Program-made: the position numbers and the translations under genes
From: an uncultured virus (IMG/VR IMGVR_UViG_3300049576_000013)
Lineage: Duplodnaviria > Heunggongvirae > Uroviricota > Caudoviricetes
Reading direction: 5' to 3' (one strand)
IMG/VR virus record: IMGVR_UViG_3300049576_000013
Length of the DNA stretch: 64,000 nt
The notes under the pieces: model-generated
Told to the model about the DNA's origin: nothing
Database searches by the model: none
Seen by the model: only the letters and a program-made list of their open reading frames with translations
Shown here: piece after piece, positions 1 to 8,200 of the stretch
Numbering within the stretch: position 1 is the first letter of the stretch
Layout of the letters: each line of letters begins with the position of its first letter

Positions 1-73
1 CCGGGCGCCCTGGGGTACCAGCTGGAGGGGGGGGGGGCCAGGGGAGCCCGGGGGCGGGGGGTTAGCGGGTCGG
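1..73. repeat. Inverted repeat copy A (truncated by window start); reverse complement of 4761-4833
   Basis: Bases 1-73 read by eye as the exact reverse complement of 4761-4833; the match stops at the inner boundary. Confidence 0.9.
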
Positions 74-413
74 CATCACAGCGTGGAAGCGCCTACGGGC
101 GTGTGCCTTAGCTACCCGCAGAAACTCTGGCCAGTGTTCGGCCATCCCGGCCGTGGCCAGGATCTCCCATGCTGTGTACGGCTTACCGGCCCGGTACGCC
201 TCAGCCGCGCGGCGGAACGTGCGACGGCGGACCGTCGCGGTTACGGGGCGCCGGAGCGCCCGGTCAGTGTTGCCCCTGGTCAGTCTCCCGACCGGGTAAC
301 GCGATCCATCGGCGTGTCTCCTGTCTCCGTGCCGCACACTCGGCGCCACGGCTAGGGCCCCGGGGACGGGGCATGGTGCCCGGCCGCCCGGGGCCCTAGT
401 CATGGTGCGTGTG

Positions 414-731
414 CTAGTTCCAGTAGCCACCGTCAAGGTCGTAGTCCACTTCGGACCCACAGTCCAGGCAGACTGGACGGTGGTCGCACGTCGGATCGCC
501 GCCACACCCTGAACAGCTGAGCTCATCATTGTTGCAGCGCTCATCCGTACACGCGTGGTTGTGATCACAGCCATTGATCATCGGACAGTCGGAACATTGG
601 ATGGTGCCCTCATGCTCGCAACGATCCCCCTCTTCCTCGCTGTCAGCCGGAACCGTCCGACTGACAGCCTCCCGGATACGCTCCCGATCATCGGGGGTGC
701 GCTCCCAGGGTGGCGCGACACTCTGCGCCAT
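414..731 (-). CDS. Cys/His-rich hypothetical protein (possible Zn-binding)
   Basis: ORF with GAGGAGAGAGG SD before ATG; several CxxC/CxH motifs. Confidence 0.6.
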   Translation of the reverse strand: MAQSVAPPWERTPDDRERIREAVSRTVPADSEEEGDRCEHEGTIQCSDCPMINGCDHNHACTDERCNNDELSCSGCGGDPTCDHRPVCLDCGSEVDYDLDGGYWN

Positions 732-809
732 GGCCTCTCTCCTCACCCGCGCCACGGTGTACGGCGCGTCGCCCGGGGACAGGGAGTCGAACCCCGCCCC
801 CGGTACCGC

Positions 810-1682
810 TCAGCCCTTGCTCTCCGCCGGTACCCGGCGGGGACGGCCAGCCCGGTCGTACCCGTTCGCGTCGTACCCGTCGGGATCGTAGCTGGTACCG
901 GTCTCCTCGTGGGTGCCGTACACGTTGAACCCCTGGGGGTTGTAGTGCGTGCCGGTCTCCCGATGAATCAGCGTGTCGCGGTGCCAGCCGTTGCGGTTGA
1001 ACCCGTCCCGGTCGTACCCGAGCCGGTTGAGCCCGTCCCGACCGTATCCCTCCCGGTCGCGACCGGTGCCGCCGTGGAACCCATCCCGGCCGTACCCAGC
1101 CCGGTCGTAGGCGAACACGCTGTCATCCGTGCTGGCCCACTCCGCCAGGATCTCGCGCGTCAGCCCGCGGTACACGTAGCCGTCAGCGTTGAACCCATCC
1201 CGGCCGAATCCTTCGGCGTTGAACCGGTACCGCTCGGGCGCGTCACGGTGGATGCCGTCCGCGTCCAGACCGTCACGGTTGAACCCGTGGCGGTCGAGAC
1301 CGGCCCGGTCGTACCCTTCCCGATCCCGACCGTCACGGTTGAAGCCGGCCCGGTCGTATCCCTCGTCGTCGAACCACTTCTCGCCCCGGCAGTCGTATCC
1401 CTCGTCGTCGCGCCAAGCGTCGCCGTCAAGGGGACCGTCCGGGAACATGCGGAACATGACGCGGGAGAACTCCGCGCACCATGACTGCGAACGGGCGCCA
1501 TGGACACCGTGATTCTCCACGCGCGCCTGCAACGCCTGCATCTGGACCCGGGCGGCCGCTTGCACGGCCTCACGGGTCTGGTCGGCGGTGCCGTCGGCGG
1601 ACTCCATGGCGGACAGGTACGCCTGCCACGCGTCGTCTGACAGGCGGTAGGGACTGTCGGCCTTCATGTCCCGATTGGACAT
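810..1682 (-). CDS. Hypothetical protein with many GYDRxG/GFNRxG short repeats
   Basis: ATG at 1682 after GAGAAAGG SD; C-terminal two-thirds made of GY/FD/NRxG repeats. Confidence 0.8.
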   Translation of the reverse strand: MSNRDMKADSPYRLSDDAWQAYLSAMESADGTADQTREAVQAAARVQMQALQARVENHGVHGARSQSWCAEFSRVMFRMFPDGPLDGDAWRDDEGYDCRGEKWFDDEGYDRAGFNRDGRDREGYDRAGLDRHGFNRDGLDADGIHRDAPERYRFNAEGFGRDGFNADGYVYRGLTREILAEWASTDDSVFAYDRAGYGRDGFHGGTGRDREGYGRDGLNRLGYDRDGFNRNGWHRDTLIHRETGTHYNPQGFNVYGTHEETGTSYDPDGYDANGYDRAGRPRRVPAESKG

Positions 1683-1697
1683 TGTCGTGCCTTTCTC

Positions 1698-1750
1698 TAC
1701 AGTGGACACTCGCCACCGTAGCCTTGCGACAGTCCACAAGGGACTGTCAA
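1698..1750 (-). promoter_or_regulatory. Repeated promoter/operator/leader-hairpin cassette, copy 1
   Basis: TTGACA overlapping palindrome GACAGTCC-N5-GGACTGTC, then hairpin TACGGTGG-CGAGTGT-CCACTGTA directly before the SD; -10 is non-canonical. Confidence 0.7.
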
Positions 1751-1931
1751 GTACCCGGACGGGTTCCGATGTCACCGCGTACGGGCCGGGACGGCGTCCC
1801 ACCCCGGCCCCCGGGCCAGCACCACGCTGGTCAGCTTTACAGCGTCTCTGCTGACGTTTCCCACTCACGCTGCGAGGGGGTGTGATGTGCGCGCCCGGCA
1901 TCACGGCGAGGTGATACCGGGCCGACCGGTA

Positions 1932-2216
1932 CTACGCCCCGGACGGCTCCGTGCTGGTGTTGCCCTGCGCAGCCGCCAGCAGCGCGGCGTACTCCGCCGC
2001 GCTGAGAGTGACCGGCCCGGCCACGCGCTCGATGCTGGCCACCCGGGCACTCTCCAGTCCGTAGGCCGTCCGGTACGCCGAAACGATCTCACGGGCGGCG
2101 TTGTCCGCGTCCCACTGGGACGGAACGGGCTGGTCGGACTGGAGGGTGAAGATCACGGTGACCTCGACCGATCCGTTGTCACGGGTGGCGGTCGTCGATG
2201 CGGTGAACGTGTTCAC
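1932..2216 (-). CDS. Hypothetical protein
   Basis: GTG start after GAGAGAGG SD and the same leader cassette. Confidence 0.7.
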   Translation of the reverse strand: MNTFTASTTATRDNGSVEVTVIFTLQSDQPVPSQWDADNAAREIVSAYRTAYGLESARVASIERVAGPVTLSAAEYAALLAAAQGNTSTEPSGA

Positions 2217-2230
2217 TGTCTTGCCTCTCT

Positions 2231-2284
2231 CCACCGTGGACACCCGCCACGGTAGCCATGCGACAGTCGCAAGTGGACTGTCAA
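2231..2284 (-). promoter_or_regulatory. Repeated promoter/operator/leader-hairpin cassette, copy 2
   Basis: TTGACAGTCC-ACTTG-CGACTGTC then hairpin CTACCGTGG-CGGGTGT-CCACGGTGG before the SD. Confidence 0.7.
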
Positions 2285-2399
2285 GTGACGGGGCCGGGAG
2301 TTGAACCCGGCAACCATGTGGGGAGCATGGGCACGCCCGACGCGTGCTACCCGTCATGTGGGGCGCCCTTTGGAGCCGGTAAGGGGCGCCCCGGTCCGG

Positions 2400-2771
2400 T
2401 CACACCACGAAGGTGTCCCCGGGGTCGGTGCTGATGTTGCGCACGGCGTCGGCCATGGCGGACTGAACGTCCGTCAGCAGCGCGAGGGTCCGCATGGTGG
2501 ACACCGCGCTGACGTGGCACCGCTCCGCGTCTTCGGCGGAGGCGTGTACGTCGACCAGGATGAGCCCGTCCGGCGCACCGGGGTGAAACTCACCCTTGAC
2601 GTGTACCGGCCCGGCGATCGCGCTAATCACGGTCGTCGGGTCGCCCGTGGCCGGGTTGACCACATCGAACGTCTCGCGCGCGTCCCACGCGATGCCGTCC
2701 AGCAACGCGGTCAGCTGACCACCCGCCAGGCGCTCCGACAGAGTCGCGGTGTTGCTGATGTTGCCGCTCAT
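2400..2771 (-). CDS. Hypothetical protein
   Basis: ATG after AGGAG; preceded by a third copy of the leader hairpin (2787-2811). Confidence 0.7.
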   Translation of the reverse strand: MSGNISNTATLSERLAGGQLTALLDGIAWDARETFDVVNPATGDPTTVISAIAGPVHVKGEFHPGAPDGLILVDVHASAEDAERCHVSAVSTMRTLALLTDVQSAMADAVRNISTDPGDTFVV

Positions 2772-2838
2772 CTCCTGAGCCTTTCTCCCATGTGGACACT
2801 CGCCACATGAGCCGTGCGGCACGGCGTACCGTGCCAAG

Positions 2839-2911
2839 CGTCCCCGCCCGGAATCGAACCGGGATCCCTTACGGCTTTGGGCCGTATGCTCTCCAGTTGA
2901 GCTACGGGGAC
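2839..2911 (-). tRNA. Atypical tRNA / pseudo-tRNA (Trp-like body, aberrant anticodon loop)
   Basis: GTCCCCG/CGGGGAC acceptor, TA-GCTC-AACTGGA-GAGC D arm, CCCGG-TTCGATT-CCGGG T arm, discriminator G; anticodon arm TACGG-CCCAAAG-CCGTA lacks U33; no encoded CCA. Confidence 0.75.
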
Positions 2912-3183
2912 GATACGGGGCGCCAGTCTGCGTGCCGTCGAAGGCTGCGTCGGGTACCCCCGGTCGCGGTGGGCAGGCTAACAGCCGTGCGCATCACCCG
3001 CATGTGACCGGGGGCAGCGACTCGCGTTGCTGGCGCCCCTGAATAGTCTGTCCACTATGGAATTTGGATCAGCTACCGAGTGCCGTTCGCCCCCCGCCTT
3101 CGGATCACCCATAGGGCCGGGCCGCGCCGCACACCAAAGACGGTACCCCGGGGAGGGGTGGGGACCAAACCGATCGGGGAAAA

Positions 3184-3226
3184 TGTGACGTGGGTCACAG
3201 ACGGGGGGAGGGGTGGGGGGTAGTAT
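3184..3226 (+). promoter_or_regulatory. CRP/GlxR-type site with class II promoter geometry
   Basis: TGTGA-cgtggg-TCACA at 3184-3199; TAGTAT -10 at 3221-3226 places the site centre at about -41.5. Confidence 0.6.
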
Positions 3227-3269
3227 GGAGACAGAAGTGCTGGTGAGTGCCGGCACGGAAGGGGAGATC

Positions 3270-3485
3270 ATGGATCAGATCGACCGCCTTTTCGATGACG
3301 TTGAGTCCGCCGTGACGCGTCACCTCGCGTGGCCAGCGGCGACGGTCGAACCCCCGGACGACATCGAGATGATGGAACTTCTGGAGGATGGCGTCATGGC
3401 AGCCACGGATGGCTGCACGGTTGAGCCTGACGGAATCTGTGAGCACGGTCATCCGTCGTGGCTCCTGGCCGAAGGCATGATCTAA
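3270..3485 (+). CDS. Small phage hypothetical protein (ATDGCxVEPDGxCEHGHPSW motif)
   Basis: GGAAGGGGAG SD before ATG 3270; alternative start at 3225. Confidence 0.7.
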   Translation: MDQIDRLFDDVESAVTRHLAWPAATVEPPDDIEMMELLEDGVMAATDGCTVEPDGICEHGHPSWLLAEGMI

Positions 3486-3527
3486 CACCACGGCAGCGCC
3501 CGGACTGCCTTACCAACCGGGCACCAC

Positions 3528-3614
3528 GGACCGGCAGGCACGCCGCGCCAGGGCAGGCTGATCGACTACTGAGCCGTAAGCCCCACGTCGGGGGTTCGAA
3601 TCCCCCAGGGTCCA
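3528..3614 (+). ncRNA. tRNA-like ncRNA with perfect T arm but non-canonical D and anticodon arms
   Basis: GGGGG-TTCGAAT-CCCCC T arm, 5' GGACC pairs with 3' GGTCC-A; intergenic. Confidence 0.45.
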
Positions 3615-3656
3615 CAACGGACTGTCTACACGGGACTGTCCGGAGAGGAGAACACC

Positions 3657-3995
3657 ATGCGCACCATCTCTGACCTTCGCCGCATCGACACGCGGGAAGA
3701 CCTGGCACAGGTAGCCCGCATGCTCGGTGTCCGTATGGACTGGCATGAGCCAGATGAGCAGGAGGTCACCGCTCGTGTGTACGGCGACACGTTCGACAAC
3801 GCCGGGTTCTGGCCGGCTACCGACCCGCACCGTACCGGCACGGAGCAGTACGTTGTCCTCTACCAGGACAGCGAGCCGGTAGCAGCGGTCAACCTCGCCA
3901 CCCTCCTGGCTTGGGCCACGGGGTACGAGAGTGAACCGCAGGTTGGTCGGACTGATCGTGTCGTCTACTCGCGCGACGCGCTTGAAGACTCCTGA
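3657..3995 (+). CDS. Hypothetical protein
   Basis: GAGGAG SD, high GC3. Confidence 0.75.
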   Translation: MRTISDLRRIDTREDLAQVARMLGVRMDWHEPDEQEVTARVYGDTFDNAGFWPATDPHRTGTEQYVVLYQDSEPVAAVNLATLLAWATGYESEPQVGRTDRVVYSRDALEDS

Positions 3996-4083
3996 TCATA
4001 GTCCCGGATCGTCGTCCACATGAGACGGTCCGGGAGCCATGACCCTACTGTTCACCGTGGACAGTAGGGGAGGGGAGAACGCA

Positions 4084-4416
4084 ATGAGGATCAGCAAGGA
4101 ATCGGCGTGGCTTGGCGTGACTACCCTGGTAGTGGCGACCGGCGGTCTGCTGCTTGGCTACGGCACGGTGGACGCGATGATCGACCCCCCGGCGCATCCT
4201 GCCGGGATCGTGATCACCGTAGGGTCTGCCCCGACCGGCCCCGTGTGGGCCACGGTGGCGGACTGTGAGGACAACGGGGGCCAGGTGCCCTGCTACACCA
4301 TCGACGACGGTCCGGACGGTCTCCAGCACTGGCTGATCGTGACCAGTTATGACCCGTACCGGGCGCTCATCCTTGATGAGCTCCTAGCTGACAATCAGGC
4401 ACGCACCGAAGACTAG
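4084..4416 (+). CDS. Membrane/secreted hypothetical protein
   Basis: GGGGAG SD; N-terminal hydrophobic helix. Confidence 0.7.
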   Translation: MRISKESAWLGVTTLVVATGGLLLGYGTVDAMIDPPAHPAGIVITVGSAPTGPVWATVADCEDNGGQVPCYTIDDGPDGLQHWLIVTSYDPYRALILDELLADNQARTED

Positions 4417-4504
4417 CCGTAGGGTCTGTATCGTCCGCAGGAGACAGTCTCCTGTGGACGGTGCACTCCGGTACGGCAACCCCGGAGTGAGGAGGTAGGA
4501 TCAA

Positions 4505-4753
4505 ATGAAGAGTGACAAGAGTGCTGCCGGCCCGACCGCTGCCTTCCGGTACACGCCCGGTGACGGGTACGTGTACACGTGGGACGGTGGCCAGGAGGTG
4601 ACCGTGTACCGCGTCGCCGACATCCTGGCCAACCCCGGGGCGGCTCCTCAGCCAGTCGACACGTTCCCCGTGTGGACGGAGCCCGCCGTGGGGCTGGCCC
4701 GTACCGCCACGGCGTTCACGGCTCAGGTAGACGCCTGGCGGGCCGACCGGTGA
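4505..4753 (+). CDS. Hypothetical protein
   Basis: GGAGG SD, high GC3. Confidence 0.7.
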   Translation: MKSDKSAAGPTAAFRYTPGDGYVYTWDGGQEVTVYRVADILANPGAAPQPVDTFPVWTEPAVGLARTATAFTAQVDAWRADR

Positions 4754-4760
4754 CCGTGTA

Positions 4761-4833
4761 CCGACCCGCTAACCCCCCGCCCCCGGGCTCCCCTGGCCCC
4801 CCCCCCCTCCAGCTGGTACCCCAGGGCGCCCGG
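4761..4833. repeat. Inverted repeat copy B
   Basis: Reverse complement of 1-73. Confidence 0.9.
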
Positions 4834-5190
4834 GGGCACCCCCCCTTCAGCTCCCCAGGGCCGGAGTCTGTCCACTATCGACACACGTCAAGATCCTTGA
4901 TCTTGAGCCCGACCGATCCCCCCGGGGGGTATCAGGGGTGATCTTGCCCCACGTATCAGTGATCATGAATAAGTAGGCCAGGCGAGGCCGGAAACGATCA
5001 CGATCCACGCAGCCGGCGCGCATAGCCCCCGGTAGCGTTTGCTTTCCTACCTCCCCCATGACTCTTCTTCGATGTAAGGATGTGGGGGTCATGGATCATG
5101 TAGCGGTGAGGTGTCCTGATTCTGGTACATGATACTGCGAGCACGAGTGCATGTTGATATGCATGTTTGCCCCAGGGGACACTGGGTGCC

Positions 5191-5508
5191 ATGGCGGAGC
5201 TGGACCTGACCGGGCGCGGCATCGGCGAGGAGGAGCTGCACTCCTCCGCCCCCCTGGTCCGGGCCCTGGTGGTGCAGCGGCTGGAGCTGCTGTGGCGCAA
5301 CGTGGAGCCACACGTGGACGGGTCGCTGTCCAAGCCTGACCCACGGTTCATTGAGGCCGGGATCAGGCTTCTGGACCGGCTGAACCGCCTGTATCGCCTT
5401 GATGCTCCGGCAACCGGCCAGGATGAGAGTCCGCAGGAGCTGGTGTCGACCTCTCAGCTGGTGTTGAAGGAGCTGGAGGCGCTGGAGGAGCGTCTGTCGG
5501 GCGGTTGA
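5191..5508 (+). CDS. Helical protein resembling actinophage terminase small subunit/HTH-associated C-terminal region
   Basis: RLELLW...DPRFIEAGIRLLDRLNRLYRLDAP resembles the RLxxLW...DxRAxxxxLxxxDRRxKLLGLDAP motif seen in actinophage TerS-like proteins. Confidence 0.45.
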   Translation: MAELDLTGRGIGEEELHSSAPLVRALVVQRLELLWRNVEPHVDGSLSKPDPRFIEAGIRLLDRLNRLYRLDAPATGQDESPQELVSTSQLVLKELEALEERLSGG

Positions 5509-5782
5509 GTCGGTTGAGCCGCCCTGGGAGGCCCAGCCGCTGAAGATCCTGGACAAGGTAGTGCTTCGCCAGGTTGAAGTTGCCGACGATGAGGTTGTGT
5601 CCCCGCTCCGGGCCCATCATCTTCTCCGCGAAGGCGAGGAGGTCCTGGTTCAGCTGGAACCCGGCTCCCTTGGCCTGCCACAGGCCGTTGTTGAGGTGCC
5701 ACCAGCGTCCGTTGACCCAGCAGTACTCCGGTCCGGGTCCGGCCTGGACAAATAGGGTGCAAAGATCCGTTATCCGGCTCAT
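5363..5782 (-). CDS. Hypothetical protein (3' part overlaps 5191-5508 convergently)
   Basis: GGAAGG SD, high GC3 in first ~90 codons. Confidence 0.45.
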   Translation of the reverse strand: MSRITDLCTLFVQAGPGPEYCWVNGRWWHLNNGLWQAKGAGFQLNQDLLAFAEKMMGPERGHNLIVGNFNLAKHYLVQDLQRLGLPGRLNRLNRPTDAPPAPPAPSTPAERSTPAPADSHPGRLPEHQGDTGGSAGPEA

Positions 5783-5800
5783 GGCTGCGTACCTTCCGTG

Positions 5801-5954
5801 ATAATCGTGAATTACGTAATCGAAACGGTAGTCATACCCTCCTGTAGGGGGACTATACGTTTTAAACTTCTATCTTTCAGGGTCTTATTTAAACGTTTAC
5901 AGCTTCTCCCCTAGGAGCTTTTACCCCCTGATTCATTACGTAATTCACGATTAT
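5801..5954. repeat. AT-rich nested palindrome with perfect 20-bp terminal inverted repeat (candidate ori, pac site or divergent regulatory site)
   Basis: ATAATCGTGAATTACGTAAT (5801-5820) / ATTACGTAATTCACGATTAT (5935-5954); inner ACGTTTTAAA...TTTAAACGT. Confidence 0.8.
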
Positions 5955-5978
5955 TAGAACTTGTGCTAGTGTTACGGG

Positions 5979-6521
5979 ATGATGAGTATGGATATGGATC
6001 ATGGTTCTGAGGGTGTTGTGGATCATGGGGAGGGTGACGTGTCACCCTTGTCCGGGCCGGACGCTGTGGGGGATGGGGGGACCACCACCGAGGTGGTACT
6101 AGATGCCGTCGGCGTGGAGCAGATCGAACAGAACCGTGCCCGACGGCAAGAAGCCTGGGACGATCTCCGCGAGACCGCCCTGGCCATCCACGCCGCTCGC
6201 CTGGACGCACGGGAGCTGGAGAAGTGGGAGGTGGTCCCGGAGCCGGACCGCATGCCTCCGTGGTCGCAGTACCGGCTGCTGAGCCGGGAGGTGGAGTCGT
6301 GGATCACGGACCAGGTGATGGTCCTGGTGCGCGGCCAGGACGTACCGAGGGACACCCCGATTCTGGCCTTCCGGCAGCGCCTGGACCGGGCCATGTGGAA
6401 GCGGGGGGGCATCGCCCGGGTGTGGGAGACGGAGCCGGGGGGTGACATCTCCGTGTACCTGGCGAAGGACCCGATGAAGTGGAAGGGGCTGAAGGAGGAG
6501 CGGGACGAACCCCTGATCTAG
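5979..6521 (+). CDS. Hypothetical protein
   Basis: ORF track, high GC3 in the 3' part; start uncertain. Confidence 0.65.
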   Translation: MMSMDMDHGSEGVVDHGEGDVSPLSGPDAVGDGGTTTEVVLDAVGVEQIEQNRARRQEAWDDLRETALAIHAARLDARELEKWEVVPEPDRMPPWSQYRLLSREVESWITDQVMVLVRGQDVPRDTPILAFRQRLDRAMWKRGGIARVWETEPGGDISVYLAKDPMKWKGLKEERDEPLI

Positions 6522-6561
6522 AGGATTGTGATCGAGGGGGAGGGAGGGGTAGGTTGGAAAC

Positions 6562-6675
6562 ATGACATCCTTCTGGCTAGCCCTCAACCTGGCCGGCGTC
6601 GGTATCACGCTCCTGGTTTGGATCTGGCGTGGCATCCGAGGTGACGGCCCCGCAAGGGACGAGGACGAAGAGTGA
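6562..6675 (+). CDS. Small membrane protein, probably leaderless
   Basis: MTSFWLALNLAGVGITLLVWIWRG...; TAGGTT -10 at 6550-6555 puts +1 on the ATG; GTGA overlap with the next gene. Confidence 0.55.
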   Translation: MTSFWLALNLAGVGITLLVWIWRGIRGDGPARDEDEE

Positions 6676-6974
6676 TCCTCAACCTCATCCTGGCCCTCGT
6701 CAGCCTCAACTCCCTCCTGAGCCTCGTCCTTGTCACCCTGAACCCGAAGGTGGCCCAGGCGTCGGAGAACGCTGCCAGGCAGCAGAGGCTCTACGGCGTC
6801 AAGCTCGGCTGCTTCTGGACCCTCCTGTCCCTCACCTCGCTGGGTCTCTGGACCTGGCACTCGGTCGAGCAGCAGGACTGGCGCTACGCCGCCATCATGT
6901 GGGTCCCGTTCACGGTGGGCTGGATCGGTCACTGGGCCAGGAAGGTCCAACGGAAGGCGGAGGTGACCCAATGA
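6672..6974 (+). CDS. Membrane protein (3 TM)
   Basis: Hydrophobic segments; coupled overlaps. Confidence 0.7.
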   Translation: MILNLILALVSLNSLLSLVLVTLNPKVAQASENAARQQRLYGVKLGCFWTLLSLTSLGLWTWHSVEQQDWRYAAIMWVPFTVGWIGHWARKVQRKAEVTQ

Positions 6975-7171
6975 GCACGCTAGGACGCCCTACCCGTGAT
7001 GTCGACGGGTTCTGGCAGTACGCCATCTGGAACCAGGAGACCGGCGCAATCAACCAGTACCCCAGCAAAGAGTGGGCCGACAGAGTTGCGGCGTCCTCCG
7101 ATCCCAGCGAGGGCATGGTCGTTATCCGGCGCTGGGTGGGGGGCTGGCAGGCGGTAGAGGAGGACGCATGA
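6971..7171 (+). CDS. Hypothetical protein
   Basis: ATGA overlap, GGAGG SD. Confidence 0.65.
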   Translation: MSTLGRPTRDVDGFWQYAIWNQETGAINQYPSKEWADRVAASSDPSEGMVVIRRWVGGWQAVEEDA

Positions 7172-7362
7172 CCCATGAGCCAGACCCGACCCAGTGGAAA
7201 GGCATGGAGATGGGCTACCGGCTTGCCATCCGAGACCTGGAGAAGTGGGTGGATGGAATCAGGACTCGGCCGAACCCGGAACTAATCCCCGGCATTACCC
7301 GGGCGATAGACAAGCTATCGATACGTGCAGATGACTACTGGCCACCAGAGGAGAACACATGA
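7168..7362 (+). CDS. Hypothetical protein
   Basis: ATGA overlap, GAGGAGG SD. Confidence 0.65.
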   Translation: MTHEPDPTQWKGMEMGYRLAIRDLEKWVDGIRTRPNPELIPGITRAIDKLSIRADDYWPPEENT

Positions 7363-7802
7363 GTGTGAACAAGGAACGCGTCCAGCTTCTGGTGGACGCG
7401 TTACGTAGTGGCGAATTCCAGCAGGTCGGGGGTGTACTACGTCGAGCGGGGGGTGGTCACTGCTGCTTGGGAGTAGCCACGGAGGTGGCACTCCGTAACG
7501 ACTTTCTTCCGCCTGAAGATGAAGCGATTGGAGAGCTTTGGGATCACGAGAACGGTGAGACGCTGCACGAAGTAGTACGGGATTGGTATGGCTTCGACGA
7601 CGATGATCCAACGATCATCGTCACCGCTGACGATGGCGTGGACGTTTACATCACAGCAACAGAGGCGAACGGCGTGGACGTTTACATCTCAGCAACAGAG
7701 GCGAACGATGCAACAGACTCCTCAAGAGGAGGAGTACATCGTTACCCATTCAACGAGATTGCCGCTGGCTTCCATCGCATGTACCTGGAGGACTCCGAAT
7801 GA
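7359..7802 (+). CDS. Phage hypothetical protein (ALRSGEFxQ...CCLGV motif) with internal 36-bp tandem duplication
   Basis: ATGA overlap; duplication 7635-7706. Confidence 0.75.
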   Translation: MSVNKERVQLLVDALRSGEFQQVGGVLRRAGGGHCCLGVATEVALRNDFLPPEDEAIGELWDHENGETLHEVVRDWYGFDDDDPTIIVTADDGVDVYITATEANGVDVYISATEANDATDSSRGGVHRYPFNEIAAGFHRMYLEDSE

Positions 7803-8200
7803 GAGTCCTCACCACCGGCTCCCGCACCTGGGAAGGAATTCACGCCGAGAACCGGATCCAGTTGATCCTCAATAGCCTCCACGCCTTCGCCGAGGGGCTA
7901 GGCACCAAGCTCACCATCATCCACGGCGACTGCCCCAGCGGAGCTGACGCCATTGTGGACCGGTGGGCGGTACGGCGAGAGGCAGACGGTGTCACCGTGG
8001 TGCGGTATCCGGCCAAGTGGCAGTTGTACGGCAAGGCAGCTGGACCGGTTCGCAACAAGATCATGGTCAAGAACGCACAGGCTGACTTCTGTATCGGGTT
8101 CAGTCGCGGCGGTAGCCTCGGCACCGCCCACACCTTGGAGCTGGCCCGTCAGGCTGGCATCCCCACATTCGTCGTCCCCTGGGAGGAGGAGATCCCGTGA
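7799..8200 (+). CDS. SLOG-family (DUF2493/YspA-like) protein
   Basis: TGSRxW, IIHGDCPSGAD, AAGPVRNxxMV, GTAHT...AGIP motifs. Confidence 0.85.
   Translation: MRVLTTGSRTWEGIHAENRIQLILNSLHAFAEGLGTKLTIIHGDCPSGADAIVDRWAVRREADGVTVVRYPAKWQLYGKAAGPVRNKIMVKNAQADFCIGFSRGGSLGTAHTLELARQAGIPTFVVPWEEEIP

Noticed and set aside
2839..2911. Functional tRNA-Leu(CAA)
   Set aside because: No U33, no long variable arm, discriminator G rather than A
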